Positions 1 to 9,602 of a DNA stretch of 64,000 nt are shown here, piece after piece. Numbering within the stretch: position 1 is the first letter of the stretch; every line of letters starts with the position of its first letter. The position numbers and the translations under genes are program-made. Origin of the DNA: an uncultured Acidobacteriota bacterium (lineage in GTDB: Bacteria > Acidobacteriota > Thermoanaerobaculia > Gp7-AA8); NCBI GenBank assembly GCA_963741955.1, contig CAVUKB010000007.1, positions 1,184,001 to 1,248,000 of the forward strand, given 5' to 3'. The notes under the pieces were generated by a model, which made no database searches, was not told the DNA's origin, and saw only the letters and a program-made list of their open reading frames with translations.

Positions 1-348
1 GGCATTCCGATTCTTCGGCAGAATGGAGAGGGGACGCTGCTGACCCGAGGGCCACGACTGAACATCCCCGTTCCGGCGCCGGATGGGAAGCCGATTCCGG
101 TCGACGACGCGGTGCTGGAGCGTTTCGCCTCACTCGGCTGGCTCGACCTCCGCACGAAGAACTTCGAAGCGTGGCGGGAGCGGATGCAGCGGATGGTGAC
201 GTCGCACGCGGACATCGTGAAGCTCGGCTCCGCCGCGTTCGACAAGACGAAGTATCTTCCGCAGGACTTCATCCCCGGTGATGCGGTCGGCTGGCTGTTC
301 AACAGCGAGGCCGACGATCTCGGGATGGTCGGCCACCGCCTCTTCTGA
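1..348 (+). CDS. 3' part of a hypothetical protein (truncated by window start)
   Basis: Frame 1 is open from base 1 (GIPILRQNGEG...) through ORF 112..348 to TGA; protein-like composition, no family recognised. Confidence 0.6.
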   Translation, partial: GIPILRQNGEGTLLTRGPRLNIPVPAPDGKPIPVDDAVLERFASLGWLDLRTKNFEAWRERMQRMVTSHADIVKLGSAAFDKTKYLPQDFIPGDAVGWLFNSEADDLGMVGHRLF

Positions 349-568
349 CGCCGCATGTGGCCCCTTGGACGGCACGGCTCCCGCCGTGCCGTCCGTCGCG
401 GAATCCCGGCGATTGTCGAGCTGGCGATGCACTCCGCTCCGGCCACTGGGACGGCTCGGCTTCCGCCGTGCCGGCCGGGGCGAAGCCGCGGCGTCTCATG
501 TGACTTCGCCGGACGTCAGTCACATCGCGCGAATCTTGCACCTCCCCACGGCCGGAGGTCGGAGAGCG

Positions 569-952
569 ATGACGCAATCACCGGGGCACAGGAAATGGCC
601 GGATCATCAGGTCCGCGAGGTTCCGCTTCAGGAACGGGTGCAGGCCGCCATCGGCGGAGAGATCGTCGCGGATTCCACCGGGGTGATCCGGGTGGACGAA
701 GACGGAAATCCTCCGCGCTACTACTTTCCCCGTTCGGACGTGCAGATGGAGAAGTTCGAGCGGAGCGCGACCGAGACGACGTGTCCGTTCAAGGGAACCG
801 GTCACTACTTCACGTTCGCATCGGACGGACATCGAGTCGAGGACGTTGCCTGGAGCTATGAAGAACCGTACGACGAGCATCAGGCGCTGAAGGATCGGAT
901 CGCGTTCTACGAGGGTGAGAAGCCGGAAGTCGCCATCAGTCGTCCGGATTGA
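569..952 (+). CDS. DUF427 family protein
   Basis: MTQSPGH start after GGAGAG; motifs PPRYYFPRSDV, TCPFKGTGHY, VAWSYEEP, IAFY are typical of DUF427. Confidence 0.85.
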   Translation: MTQSPGHRKWPDHQVREVPLQERVQAAIGGEIVADSTGVIRVDEDGNPPRYYFPRSDVQMEKFERSATETTCPFKGTGHYFTFASDGHRVEDVAWSYEEPYDEHQALKDRIAFYEGEKPEVAISRPD

Positions 953-1029
953 CGTCTGGAGCGGTCCTGCGGTCCGCACGGCGAGCTCGCGAGGCATCGG
1001 GATCGGGGTGGGCAGGGACAGCCGCGGCC

Positions 1030-1066
1030 GAAAACAAAGCGACCCGCCTCGCGGCGGGCCGTTTCG
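1030..1066 (-). terminator. Intrinsic terminator-like hairpin between convergent genes
   Basis: CCCGCC-TCGC-GGCGGG stem; the upstream A-rich tract reads as a U-tail on the minus strand after the M23 gene. Confidence 0.55.
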
Positions 1067-1088
1067 TCGTGAGAGCGCTCGAGTGTGA

Positions 1089-1967
1089 TCAGAACGCGTT
1101 GAGAATGTACTCGAGAGGATTGACCGGGTTGTTGTTCACCCTTACCTCGTAATGGAGGTGTGGCCCCGTGCTGCGGCCGGTGGAGCCGACGTAGCCGATG
1201 ATGTCACCACGCTTGATGTGGTCCCCGGGCTTGACCGCGTACGCCGAGAGATGGCCATAGCGGGTGGAGTAGCCGAAGCCGTGGGAGATGTAGATCACGT
1301 TGCCGTATCCGTTCGCCCATGATGCCTTGACCACCACTCCGTCCGCCGGGGCGCGCACCGGCTGGCCGATGGCCGAGGAGATATCGACGGCGTTGTGGGT
1401 TCCGGGCTCCCCGGTGAAGGGATCGGATCGGCCGCCGAATCCGTCGGTGAGGATTCCGTGCACCGGAGCGATGGAAGGCGTGCAGGACAGAAGGTGTGAG
1501 CGTCGTACGAATTTCGCTTCGAGTGTCGTCAGATCCTGTGCGATGCGCTTCGACTTCCAGGTCATCTTGTCGACTTCGTCGCGATACTGACCGCCGGGGA
1601 GTGCGTCCTCCTGGCTGATACCGCCGACGCCGCCCTGACTTCCTGCATCCAGCGTCGTCACTCCAGCGATGATCGCCAGTTTTCTCGTCTTGTCTTCAAC
1701 ACTCTTGAGCTGGGTGCGCAAGGTTTCGACGGACCTGCTGAACTGTTCATTCGCCTGTTGGAGCTCTTTGTTCTCTCTCTGCAGCTTCGCGAGCTCGTGT
1801 GTTTGCGAGATCGAGGTGAAATATTGAAGAGAGAAAAATGTAGAGAGGCAAAGGGAAGAGGCAACCAGGGAGACGGCGGAGAAAAGAGCCCGGTGCGACA
1901 AACGCAGTTTCCGGAACTTGGCCCGCGCGTGAGGCACGAAAATAATCGTTGAGTAGCGCTTGTCCAT
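1089..1967 (-). CDS. M23 family metallopeptidase (N-terminal TM, coiled coil)
   Basis: HNAVD (HxxxD), YGHLS and STGPHLHYEV (HxH) motifs. Confidence 0.93.
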   Translation of the reverse strand: MDKRYSTIIFVPHARAKFRKLRLSHRALFSAVSLVASSLCLSTFFSLQYFTSISQTHELAKLQRENKELQQANEQFSRSVETLRTQLKSVEDKTRKLAIIAGVTTLDAGSQGGVGGISQEDALPGGQYRDEVDKMTWKSKRIAQDLTTLEAKFVRRSHLLSCTPSIAPVHGILTDGFGGRSDPFTGEPGTHNAVDISSAIGQPVRAPADGVVVKASWANGYGNVIYISHGFGYSTRYGHLSAYAVKPGDHIKRGDIIGYVGSTGRSTGPHLHYEVRVNNNPVNPLEYILNAF

Positions 1968-2443
1968 GACTTCTCCGGAGTTAACTTTCGATAGGGGCCG
2001 ACGGGAAACCGGCGCTTATTCTTACGGAAAGTCGAATGGGTGTCAACGGAGTCATCCTCGAAATGGGGGATGCGCAAGCCGCTGATATGAGAGAAATTGC
2101 CCGAAGAAATGCTGTTTCTCCCTCTTTGTTGAGCCCGATTCGAAAAAATCGATCAGAAATTCAATTTTTTTATGCTGTAGCAGCATATCGGGGATGTCCC
2201 TGGTCCTCAGCGAAAATCTTTCCGTCGCAACGCTGCCACGACGCTCCCGTCTTGGTCCGCGGGCCGGCGGCGTCACGAAACCCGAAACTCCGATCTCCTT
2301 CATGCGCGGGAGCGCATTTCTTCCTTGGCCCGACGCGGCTGCACACATAGAATAGCGGCCGGCCCGCGGCGCGCTGTGCGCCGATCCCTCTTGGGCCGCC
2401 GGGGCATTGAGCCCGGGCATCACAACCAAACGGAGACAGGACA

Positions 2444-3559
2444 ATGCGGATCGGAGTACCGACCGAAGTCAAAGACAACGAATATCGCGTGGGAATGGTC
2501 CCGTCCGGAGTGCACGTACTCGTCGATGACGGTCACGAAGTGTTCGTCCAGAAGGGCGCGGGCGTCGGAAGTGGATTCGGCGACGAAGAATACGAAGCGG
2601 CGGGTGCGCGCATTCTCGACAAGGCAGACGACGTGTTCGAGAAGTCGGAGATGATCATCAAGGTGAAAGAGCCGGTGGAGCCGGATCTGAAGCGGCTCAA
2701 GAGCGGCCAGCTTCTGTTCACGTATCTTCATCTCGCTCCGGTGCCCGATCTCACGTCCCAGCTTCTCGAGAAGAAGATCGCGGGTATCGCGTACGAGACG
2801 ATCATCGGAAAGAACGGCAGCCTTCCGCTGCTCACTCCGATGTCGGAAGTCGCCGGCCGGATGTCGATCCAGGTCGGTGCGTTCTACCTGCAGAAGCCGA
2901 ATGGAGGGCGTGGCGTCCTTCTCGGCGGCGTTCCCGGCGTTCTTCCGGCGGACGTGGTCATCGTCGGCGGCGGCATCGTCGGCGTGAACGCTGCGAAGAT
3001 GGCGGTTGGACTCGGCGCCAGGGTCACCATCCTCGACACCAATCTCGACCGCCTCCGCTATCTCGACGACATCTTCCAGGGACGGATCTCGACGCTCGCG
3101 TCGAACAAGGCTCACGTCGCCGAGGCTGCGAAGCGCGCGGATATTCTGGTCGGCGGGGTTCTGATCCCCGGTGCGTCCGCACCGAAGCTCGTCACCCGCG
3201 AAATGATCAGTGAGATGAAGAAGGGCTCGGTCATCGTCGACGTGGCGATCGATCAGGGCGGCTGCGTCGAGACCGCTCACGCGACCACCCATTCGAACCC
3301 GGTGTACGAAGTGGACGGCGTGATTCACTACTGCGTCGCGAACATGCCCGGCGCGGTGCCGCGCACCTCCACCATCGCGCTGACCAATGCGACTCTTCCC
3401 TACGCCCGCCAGATCGCGAAGCTCGGCTTCAAGGAAGCGATCAGGTCGAACTCCGGCCTCGCTGCAGGCGTGAATGTCTACGACGGAAAGCTGACCTTCC
3501 AGGGCGTCGCGGAGTCGCAGGGGCGGAAGTACACGCCGCTGTTCGAGCTGGTCGCGTAG
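2444..3559 (+). CDS. ald: Alanine dehydrogenase
   Basis: [56 protein letters not shown]. Confidence 0.97.
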   Translation: MRIGVPTEVKDNEYRVGMVPSGVHVLVDDGHEVFVQKGAGVGSGFGDEEYEAAGARILDKADDVFEKSEMIIKVKEPVEPDLKRLKSGQLLFTYLHLAPVPDLTSQLLEKKIAGIAYETIIGKNGSLPLLTPMSEVAGRMSIQVGAFYLQKPNGGRGVLLGGVPGVLPADVVIVGGGIVGVNAAKMAVGLGARVTILDTNLDRLRYLDDIFQGRISTLASNKAHVAEAAKRADILVGGVLIPGASAPKLVTREMISEMKKGSVIVDVAIDQGGCVETAHATTHSNPVYEVDGVIHYCVANMPGAVPRTSTIALTNATLPYARQIAKLGFKEAIRSNSGLAAGVNVYDGKLTFQGVAESQGRKYTPLFELVA

Positions 3560-3583
3560 TTCCCGGATCCTCTTCGCTGATAC

Positions 3584-3618
3584 GAAAACGCCGCCCGGCC
3601 GGGCGGCGTTTCTTTTTC
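3584..3618. terminator. Bidirectional intrinsic terminator
   Basis: AAAACGCCGCCCGG-CCGGGCGGCGTTTCTTTTT hairpin between convergent ald and S8 protease. Confidence 0.8.
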
Positions 3619-3621
3619 CGG

Positions 3622-5274
3622 TCAGGGCGTCTGCAGGGGGCGGTGTCGCGGTGTCGACGGGAAGAGCTCCGGCACCAGCCTTTTCGCAGCGGCGAGCGCA
3701 TCGACTTCCCCGAAGCCGTAATCGGGATCCCATCCCACCGGTCCCAGATCATGGGCCGTCGCCAGGATCGCATTGCGCACCTGATAGCCCTTCTTGCTCG
3801 GATCGAGAGACCAGATCAGTGCGGCAACTCCTGCCACGTGCGGAGTCGCCATCGAGGTCCCCTGCAGGACCGCGTAGTCCGCGCCACTCTGGATGGAAAG
3901 AGTCACGGTTCCATTCTCCAGAGGCTTCAGTGACGCTCCGTCCTTCATTCCGACCGCGATGGAGAGAACCCAGGGGAACCGCTGTTCCGCGGGGATGATC
4001 TGGTTGTTCCCGTCCCGGATCAGAGTGAAGCTGCTGGCTCCCGCCTGGTTGTTGGCGATGATCACTCCGGTGGCGCCGGCGGTGATTGCATTCTTCACCT
4101 TCTGATTGAACGTGAAGTCTCCGCGGTCGATGAGGGCGATGTTGTTCTTCACCGCGGACGGAAAATCCGACGCGGCTCCTCCTTTTCCGCAATACACCAT
4201 CTGGCCGGTGACGGTCCCCGCCGGTGACCCTTCGATGCTGAACGCGAGAAAGTTGGCCGCCATCGTGGAGACCAGAGCTTCCTCTCCCCCTCCGATCTTG
4301 TAGGTCGAAAACACTCCGACCCCCGGACCGGCCACCTTCAGATCGTTTCCGGCATTCGAGAAGTCCGCTTTGGTCGCGGTGTCGTCGACGGCGCCGACCG
4401 AGATCACGGTGGGGTAGGCGCCCGGGTAGTCGACCGCCTGTGCCGATTCATTGCCGGACGCTGCCACGGTCACGATTCCGGCGTCGTACGCCCGCTGAAA
4501 TGCATCTTCTTCCAGGACCGATGAGTCGGGTGCGCCGAGGGAAAGATTGATCACGTTGATGCCGTGGCCGATCGCCCAATCGACTGCTTTCACTTCATCC
4601 GAGACGCTGCCGTTTCCGTCGGCGCCGAGGATTCGGAGTGAGTAGATCTGCACGTCTGGCGCGACGCCGATCACGCCGATCCCATTGTCTCTCGCGCCGA
4701 TCGTTCCCGCGACGTGCGTTCCATGGCCGTTTTCGTCCTGCGGGTCGTCGTCGTTCTCGACGAAGTCGAAACCTCCGGCATAGGCGCTCGCCAGATCGGG
4801 ATGATTCTTCGTGATCCCGGTGTCGATGATCCCGACTTTGATTCCCGCTCCTCGACCGTACGGCCAGACGTCCGGAGCATGCACCGCGGTGATCCCGTAA
4901 GGGGTGATCTGCGTCGAAACGCTGTCTGCGCTGACTGTAGAGAGAGTACGCCTTCGTCCGTCAGCGAACGCCCGCGCGTCCGTACCGAGGAGGTGCACCT
5001 GATGATCGCGCTCGACGGCCACGATTCCCGGCTCGTTCCGCAACTCCTCGGCTTCGGCCGCGGTCATGTCCGCGATGAATCCGTTCACGTGACGGAGAGC
5101 ATAAAAGTGATGCTCCTGTGTCGCCGTCCCGCCGTCGCGCGCCAAGACGCGGATATGGTCCGCACTCTGCGGCGGCGCTCCGCGGGTGGCCACGAGATAC
5201 CGGTGTGTCTCCGCCGCCAGACCCGCCGAGGAGATGAACAAAATGATCGCTACGAGCCAGACGAATCTCTTCAT
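3622..5274 (-). CDS. Secreted S8 subtilisin-like serine protease with I9 prodomain and PA insert
   Basis: Signal peptide; IIDTG, HGTHVAG and GTSMATPHVAG catalytic triad; PA domain (IALIDRG...KVKNA). Confidence 0.95.
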   Translation of the reverse strand: MKRFVWLVAIILFISSAGLAAETHRYLVATRGAPPQSADHIRVLARDGGTATQEHHFYALRHVNGFIADMTAAEAEELRNEPGIVAVERDHQVHLLGTDARAFADGRRRTLSTVSADSVSTQITPYGITAVHAPDVWPYGRGAGIKVGIIDTGITKNHPDLASAYAGGFDFVENDDDPQDENGHGTHVAGTIGARDNGIGVIGVAPDVQIYSLRILGADGNGSVSDEVKAVDWAIGHGINVINLSLGAPDSSVLEEDAFQRAYDAGIVTVAASGNESAQAVDYPGAYPTVISVGAVDDTATKADFSNAGNDLKVAGPGVGVFSTYKIGGGEEALVSTMAANFLAFSIEGSPAGTVTGQMVYCGKGGAASDFPSAVKNNIALIDRGDFTFNQKVKNAITAGATGVIIANNQAGASSFTLIRDGNNQIIPAEQRFPWVLSIAVGMKDGASLKPLENGTVTLSIQSGADYAVLQGTSMATPHVAGVAALIWSLDPSKKGYQVRNAILATAHDLGPVGWDPDYGFGEVDALAAAKRLVPELFPSTPRHRPLQTP

Positions 5275-5324
5275 GGACCTCTCTCCGTTCTTCTGTCAGG
5301 AAGAGGCGATTGTACCGCGGCTAG

Positions 5325-5502
5325 CCCGCATTTCTCACACCATCTCGTTGCGAGGAGGCGGAGAGCAGCCTGGATGCAAGGCGTACCCCGCTTCGGCGAC
5401 GAAGGCATAGTGGTGACTATGTTGAGGAGCCGAAGCAGGGGTGCAACGCAGCAGACAGGCCGCTATCCGTCTCCGCAGCAGAGATGGTGTGAGAAATGCG
5501 GG
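5325..5502. mobile_element. 178-bp MITE with IS1380-type terminal inverted repeats
   Basis: Perfect 22-bp TIRs CCCGCATTTCTCACACCATCTC / GAGATGGTGTGAGAAATGCGGG; the first 15 bp equal the IS end at 49160; flanks CTAG / CGAG. Confidence 0.8.
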
Positions 5503-5592
5503 CGAGCGATGATCCAGTGCAGCATCGAGCCTCTCGCCCGAGATTCACCAGTTCCGGTGACAGGTCCCGTGTCGGACGCTGCCGCGAACCTG

Positions 5593-5621
5593 AAAAAAGA
5601 AAAAGGCGCCCGGAGGCGCCC
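5593..5621 (-). terminator. Intrinsic terminator of the upstream S8 paralog
   Basis: GGCGCC-CGGA-GGCGCC stem followed on the minus strand by TTTTTCTTTTTT. Confidence 0.7.
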
Positions 5622-5648
5622 TCTTCTGGAGTTCGACGGGAGCGAAGC

Positions 5649-7328
5649 TCAGGGGTGAGCGGCCCGATGCCGTGGAGTGAACGGGAACTTCTCGGGGGCG
5701 AGTCTCTTCCCTGCTGCGAGAGCGTCGATCTCGCCGAAGCCGAAGCTCGGGTCCCATCCCGCCGCACCGAGGTCGGAGGCGGTCGAGAGGATCGCATTGC
5801 GGACTTCGAAGGCCTTCGCCTGAGGATCGAGCGACCAGATCAGTGCCGCAGTGCCTGCCACGTGGGGAGTGGCCATCGACGTTCCGTTGAGCGTGCCGTA
5901 ATCGTACGGCGCAGCCGACACCGTCGCGTCGGTCCCTTGAGACGCGCGAAGGGAGGCGCCGTCACTCTTCGAAACGAAGACGGTGACCGGCCACGGGAAC
6001 GTCACGTCATCCTGGTTCGCCTTGTTGGTTGCCGGATCGGTGCGGATGAGCGTCCACCCCCGGCTGTTGATGTCCTCGTCGATGTTGTCCGCGACGATCA
6101 CACCGATGGCTCCGGCATTGACCGCGTTCCGGACCTTCTCGTTGAATGTCATGTTCGCGATTGCGTTGGAACGCGCGATCAGGGCGATCTTTCCCCGAAC
6201 CGACGCCGGGATCTGGGTCGTCTTTCCTTCGCCGCAGTCGACTACCGGTCCGGTCGCGTCTCCATGCGGAGAACCGTCGAACGGAGCTGCTGAGATGTTC
6301 GCTCCACTCGACGCGACCGACGCGATTTCCGCCGAGCCGACCGGCATGGTCGAGAACACCTTCACGCCCGGCGCGACCACCTTCAGATCCGTTCCCTGAT
6401 TCGAGAAGCTGGCGAGGGCCTGTTTCTCGTCGACCGCTCCGACCGAAACTACCGTGGGATACGCACCGGGATAGGAGAGGGTCTGGGCTCCGTCGTTGCC
6501 TGCCGCCGCGATCGCGAGGACTCCGGCGTCGTATGCGCGCTGGAATGCCTGTTCTTCGAGAACGGACGAATCGGGCGAACCGAGCGAGAGATTGATCACG
6601 TTCATGCCGTGACTGATCGCCCAATCGATCGCCTTGATCTCCGCGGAAATGCTCCCGGAGCCATCAGCGCCGAGGATGCGCAGCGAGTAGATCTCGGCTC
6701 CGGGTGCGACTCCGACCACGCCGATCGCGTTGTTCTGTGCCGCGATGGTGCCCGCTACGTGCGTGCCATGGCCGTTCTCGTCGTTCGGATCGCTGTCGTT
6801 GTCGACGAAGTCGTATCCACCCTTGAACGCGGCGGCGAGATCGGGATGCGTCTTGTCGATTCCCGTGTCGATGATGCCGACCTTGATTCCTGCGCCGTTC
6901 GCAATCGACCAGAGCTTGTCGGCATGGATGGCGAGGATGCCGTACGGAACGGTCTGCGCGGTGACGCTCTCCGCCGTGACCGCGGCTGTGGAGGGAGTGG
7001 GGCGGATCCACGGCCCTCCGTCCGGATGCGAGGTCTCGAGGATGTGGACCTCGTGGTCGGGCTCGACGGCGACCACTCCGCTCTCTGCGCGGAGCTTCGC
7101 CGCGTCTTCCGGTGACATGTCGGCAATGAAGCCGTCGATGTTGTGGAGGGGATGAAAGTAGAGCGACTTACGCTCCCACGGCTGAAGATCGCGGTACCTC
7201 TCGCGAATCTCGGTGCGGGAAGCCGGGGCCGGGCCGCGGGTGGTCACGAGATATCGAACCGGCGTGGAGTCGGCCGCGAAAGCAGTCCCTGCAATCAGAA
7301 TTACCAGAAGAGAAAAGAGTCGTCGCAT
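5649..7328 (-). CDS. Secreted S8 subtilisin-like serine protease with PA insert (paralog of 3622..5274)
   Basis: Start MRRLFSLL signal peptide; IIDTG, HGTHVAG, GTSMATPHVAG; colinear with the neighbouring protease. Confidence 0.95.
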   Translation of the reverse strand: MRRLFSLLVILIAGTAFAADSTPVRYLVTTRGPAPASRTEIRERYRDLQPWERKSLYFHPLHNIDGFIADMSPEDAAKLRAESGVVAVEPDHEVHILETSHPDGGPWIRPTPSTAAVTAESVTAQTVPYGILAIHADKLWSIANGAGIKVGIIDTGIDKTHPDLAAAFKGGYDFVDNDSDPNDENGHGTHVAGTIAAQNNAIGVVGVAPGAEIYSLRILGADGSGSISAEIKAIDWAISHGMNVINLSLGSPDSSVLEEQAFQRAYDAGVLAIAAAGNDGAQTLSYPGAYPTVVSVGAVDEKQALASFSNQGTDLKVVAPGVKVFSTMPVGSAEIASVASSGANISAAPFDGSPHGDATGPVVDCGEGKTTQIPASVRGKIALIARSNAIANMTFNEKVRNAVNAGAIGVIVADNIDEDINSRGWTLIRTDPATNKANQDDVTFPWPVTVFVSKSDGASLRASQGTDATVSAAPYDYGTLNGTSMATPHVAGTAALIWSLDPQAKAFEVRNAILSTASDLGAAGWDPSFGFGEIDALAAGKRLAPEKFPFTPRHRAAHP

Positions 7329-7483
7329 GTGAGGTCCTTGGGCCATGGGTTGTCGAGGCTTTACCTTGCCGAAATGGGCGTGGCCGCCTCCAATATTCCG
7401 CTCCCCCACGGGTCGCCGGAACGGGTGGCATCAGGGCGGCATCGGATGGAATGGAACGAACCGGAGAGGGAGGACGAACTCGG

Positions 7484-7921
7484 ATGGAGCAATGGCGGAA
7501 CAACCTGATCGAGGAGACGAACGGGATGCTCACCGTTCTGAGGGAGACTCGCCGCATTGCGGTTCTCGGAATCAAGCCCGAGTCGGACGGCGAGAAGGCC
7601 GCGTATTACGTTCCTGCCTACATGCAGAGAGCGGGATACGAGATCATTCCCGTCCCGGTCTACTACCCGGAAGTCACCGAGATTCTGGGGCGCGAAGTGA
7701 TTCGTGATCTCCGTTCCGTGCCTCCCCCGGTGGATCTCGTGAATGTCTTCCGGAGGCCGAAGGACATCGACCAGCACGTGGATGACATGATTGCGCTCGG
7801 CCCGAAGGCGGTCTGGTTTCAGCTCGGGATCCGGAACGACGGCGCGGCGCGCCGCCTCGCCGAGGCGGGAATCAAGGTCGTTCAGGACCGCTGCATCATG
7901 GTCGAGCACGGAAGATTGTGA
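7484..7921 (+). CDS. CoA-binding protein (YccU-like)
   Basis: IAVLG, YMQRAGYEIIPV, VDLVNVFR, VWFQLGI, VVQDRCIMVEH. Confidence 0.9.
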   Translation: MEQWRNNLIEETNGMLTVLRETRRIAVLGIKPESDGEKAAYYVPAYMQRAGYEIIPVPVYYPEVTEILGREVIRDLRSVPPPVDLVNVFRRPKDIDQHVDDMIALGPKAVWFQLGIRNDGAARRLAEAGIKVVQDRCIMVEHGRL

Positions 7922-7923
7922 GC

Positions 7924-8016
7924 ATCTGATATCTGCTATCTCATATCTGATATTTATTCCTGATAACGATATCAGGTAATAGATAATAGATAGTCGATAA
8001 GAGATATGAGATCAGC
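7924..8016. repeat. AT-rich inverted heptamer tracts around a central hairpin
   Basis: ATCTGAT ATCTGCT ATCTCAT ATCTGAT ... CCTGATA-ACGA-TATCAGG ... AGATAAT AGATAGT CGATAAG AGATATG AGATCAG. Confidence 0.7.
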
Positions 8017-9514
8017 CGAAGGTTCCACCACCCGCGAGATCGAGATTCCCCCCTTCAGATTCTGGGAGACGCGCAGCGGGGAAGGCACTCCGGTGGTGCT
8101 GATCCACGGTCTGGCGGGATCGTCGGGATGGTGGCGTCACAACGTTCCTGCGCTCGCGAAGCAACATCTGGTCGTCGCAATCGACCTGGTCGGATTCGGC
8201 CGGAGCGGGGGCTGGCGAAGGGGATCCGCGTCGCTTCCTCTGCCGTTCGACGACACCGTCCGGATGCTCGCCCGCTGGATCGAGATCTCCTTCGCCGGGC
8301 CGGTTCACCTGGTCGGCCACTCCATGGGGGGCCAGGTCTCCATTCACCTCGCAGCCTTACGTCCGGATCTGGTGCGCTCACTCTCCCTTCTCGCCTCCAC
8401 CGGGATTCCATTCGAGGTCGACCCGATCCGCCATCTCGCGTCAGTTTCATTTCCTCGGCGGAACGTCCTGTCGTTCCTTCCGGTCCTGGCTCGCGATTTC
8501 TTTCGCGCCGGCCCCGCCTCGGTGGTCATTGCGTGGGGGCGGCTGGTGACGAACGACGCACGTGACGCTCTGCGCCGGATCCGCGCTCCGTCGCTCCTCC
8601 TCTGGGGAGAAGCCGATCCTCTCGTTCCGCTCCGTTATGGCGAAGAGATGCTTCGTCACCTGCCCACTGCGGATCTGGTGGTGGTGCCGGACTCCGGGCA
8701 CGTGGTGATGTGGGACAACCCGGAAGAAGTGAATCGAATCCTTCTCGAGTTTCTCGGCGACCTGGATCACGGCCTCGTCGCGGCTCCGCGCGTTCCGCAT
8801 CCGTTCGTCTGGCCGATCGAGGGATCGGCGGCCGGCCTCGCGTGGCGCCAGTCGGGTCCGGAACCTTCAGTGGTTCTGATTCACGGTCTCGGGATCTCCA
8901 GCCACTACTTCCGTCCCATGGTCGACGCACTGAAGAAGCGCGGCTGGGCGGCGATCGCGCCCGACCTTCCCGGAACGGGGTACAGCAGAGACGTACGGAT
9001 CGACCCTGGCCGGCATGCCGAACGCGTACTCGCGTGGTACAGGACTGTCGGAGGCGCACCCGCCATCTGGATCGGACACTCGGACGGAACGCAGATCGTG
9101 GAGCGCATCGCGACGCTCGCTCCCGGACTGGTTCGCGGCCGCATCCATCTCTCGCCGATCTGGAACGAGCGCCGTCATCCGTGGATCGAGCTCTTTTTCG
9201 CGGCGCTCGCCGACATCCCACGGGAGCGGGTCGGTCTGGTTCTCGAAGCAGTGCAGAGTTACTGGGCGACCGGCATTCCGGAACTGATCCGGCTCGCGCT
9301 CGCCTACGTGCCGGACGCGAAGCGGCTCCCTTCGCTCGACGAACGCTCCCTCGTCGTCGCGGGCGAGGACGATCCGCTGGTCGACTGGCAGACGCTCGGA
9401 CGGATCGCCGCGGGACGGCTGGTCCGTCTCCCGGGAGCGCACGCGATCATCGACTCACAGCCCGAAGCACTCGCCGACGTTCTCGTGCCGTGGCTTCAGC
9501 GCTGGTCACAGTGA
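8006..9514 (+). CDS. Tandem double alpha/beta hydrolase (start codon uncertain)
   Basis: Two VVLIHGL oxyanion motifs and two nucleophile elbows, GHSMGG and GHSDGT. Confidence 0.85.
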   Translation: MRSAEGSTTREIEIPPFRFWETRSGEGTPVVLIHGLAGSSGWWRHNVPALAKQHLVVAIDLVGFGRSGGWRRGSASLPLPFDDTVRMLARWIEISFAGPVHLVGHSMGGQVSIHLAALRPDLVRSLSLLASTGIPFEVDPIRHLASVSFPRRNVLSFLPVLARDFFRAGPASVVIAWGRLVTNDARDALRRIRAPSLLLWGEADPLVPLRYGEEMLRHLPTADLVVVPDSGHVVMWDNPEEVNRILLEFLGDLDHGLVAAPRVPHPFVWPIEGSAAGLAWRQSGPEPSVVLIHGLGISSHYFRPMVDALKKRGWAAIAPDLPGTGYSRDVRIDPGRHAERVLAWYRTVGGAPAIWIGHSDGTQIVERIATLAPGLVRGRIHLSPIWNERRHPWIELFFAALADIPRERVGLVLEAVQSYWATGIPELIRLALAYVPDAKRLPSLDERSLVVAGEDDPLVDWQTLGRIAAGRLVRLPGAHAIIDSQPEALADVLVPWLQRWSQ

Positions 9515-9602
9515 GCAGACTCGCGAGCCACGACCGCAGAGACGCACCATCTCCCCTCCGGCGACTCACCTGTTTCTGCCGGCGGGCGCCGGGCGGTTCG
9601 GG

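Noticed and set aside
1968-2443. AT-rich intergenic region as a possible riboswitch or sRNA
   Set aside because: No recognisable RNA family motif; consistent with divergent promoters.
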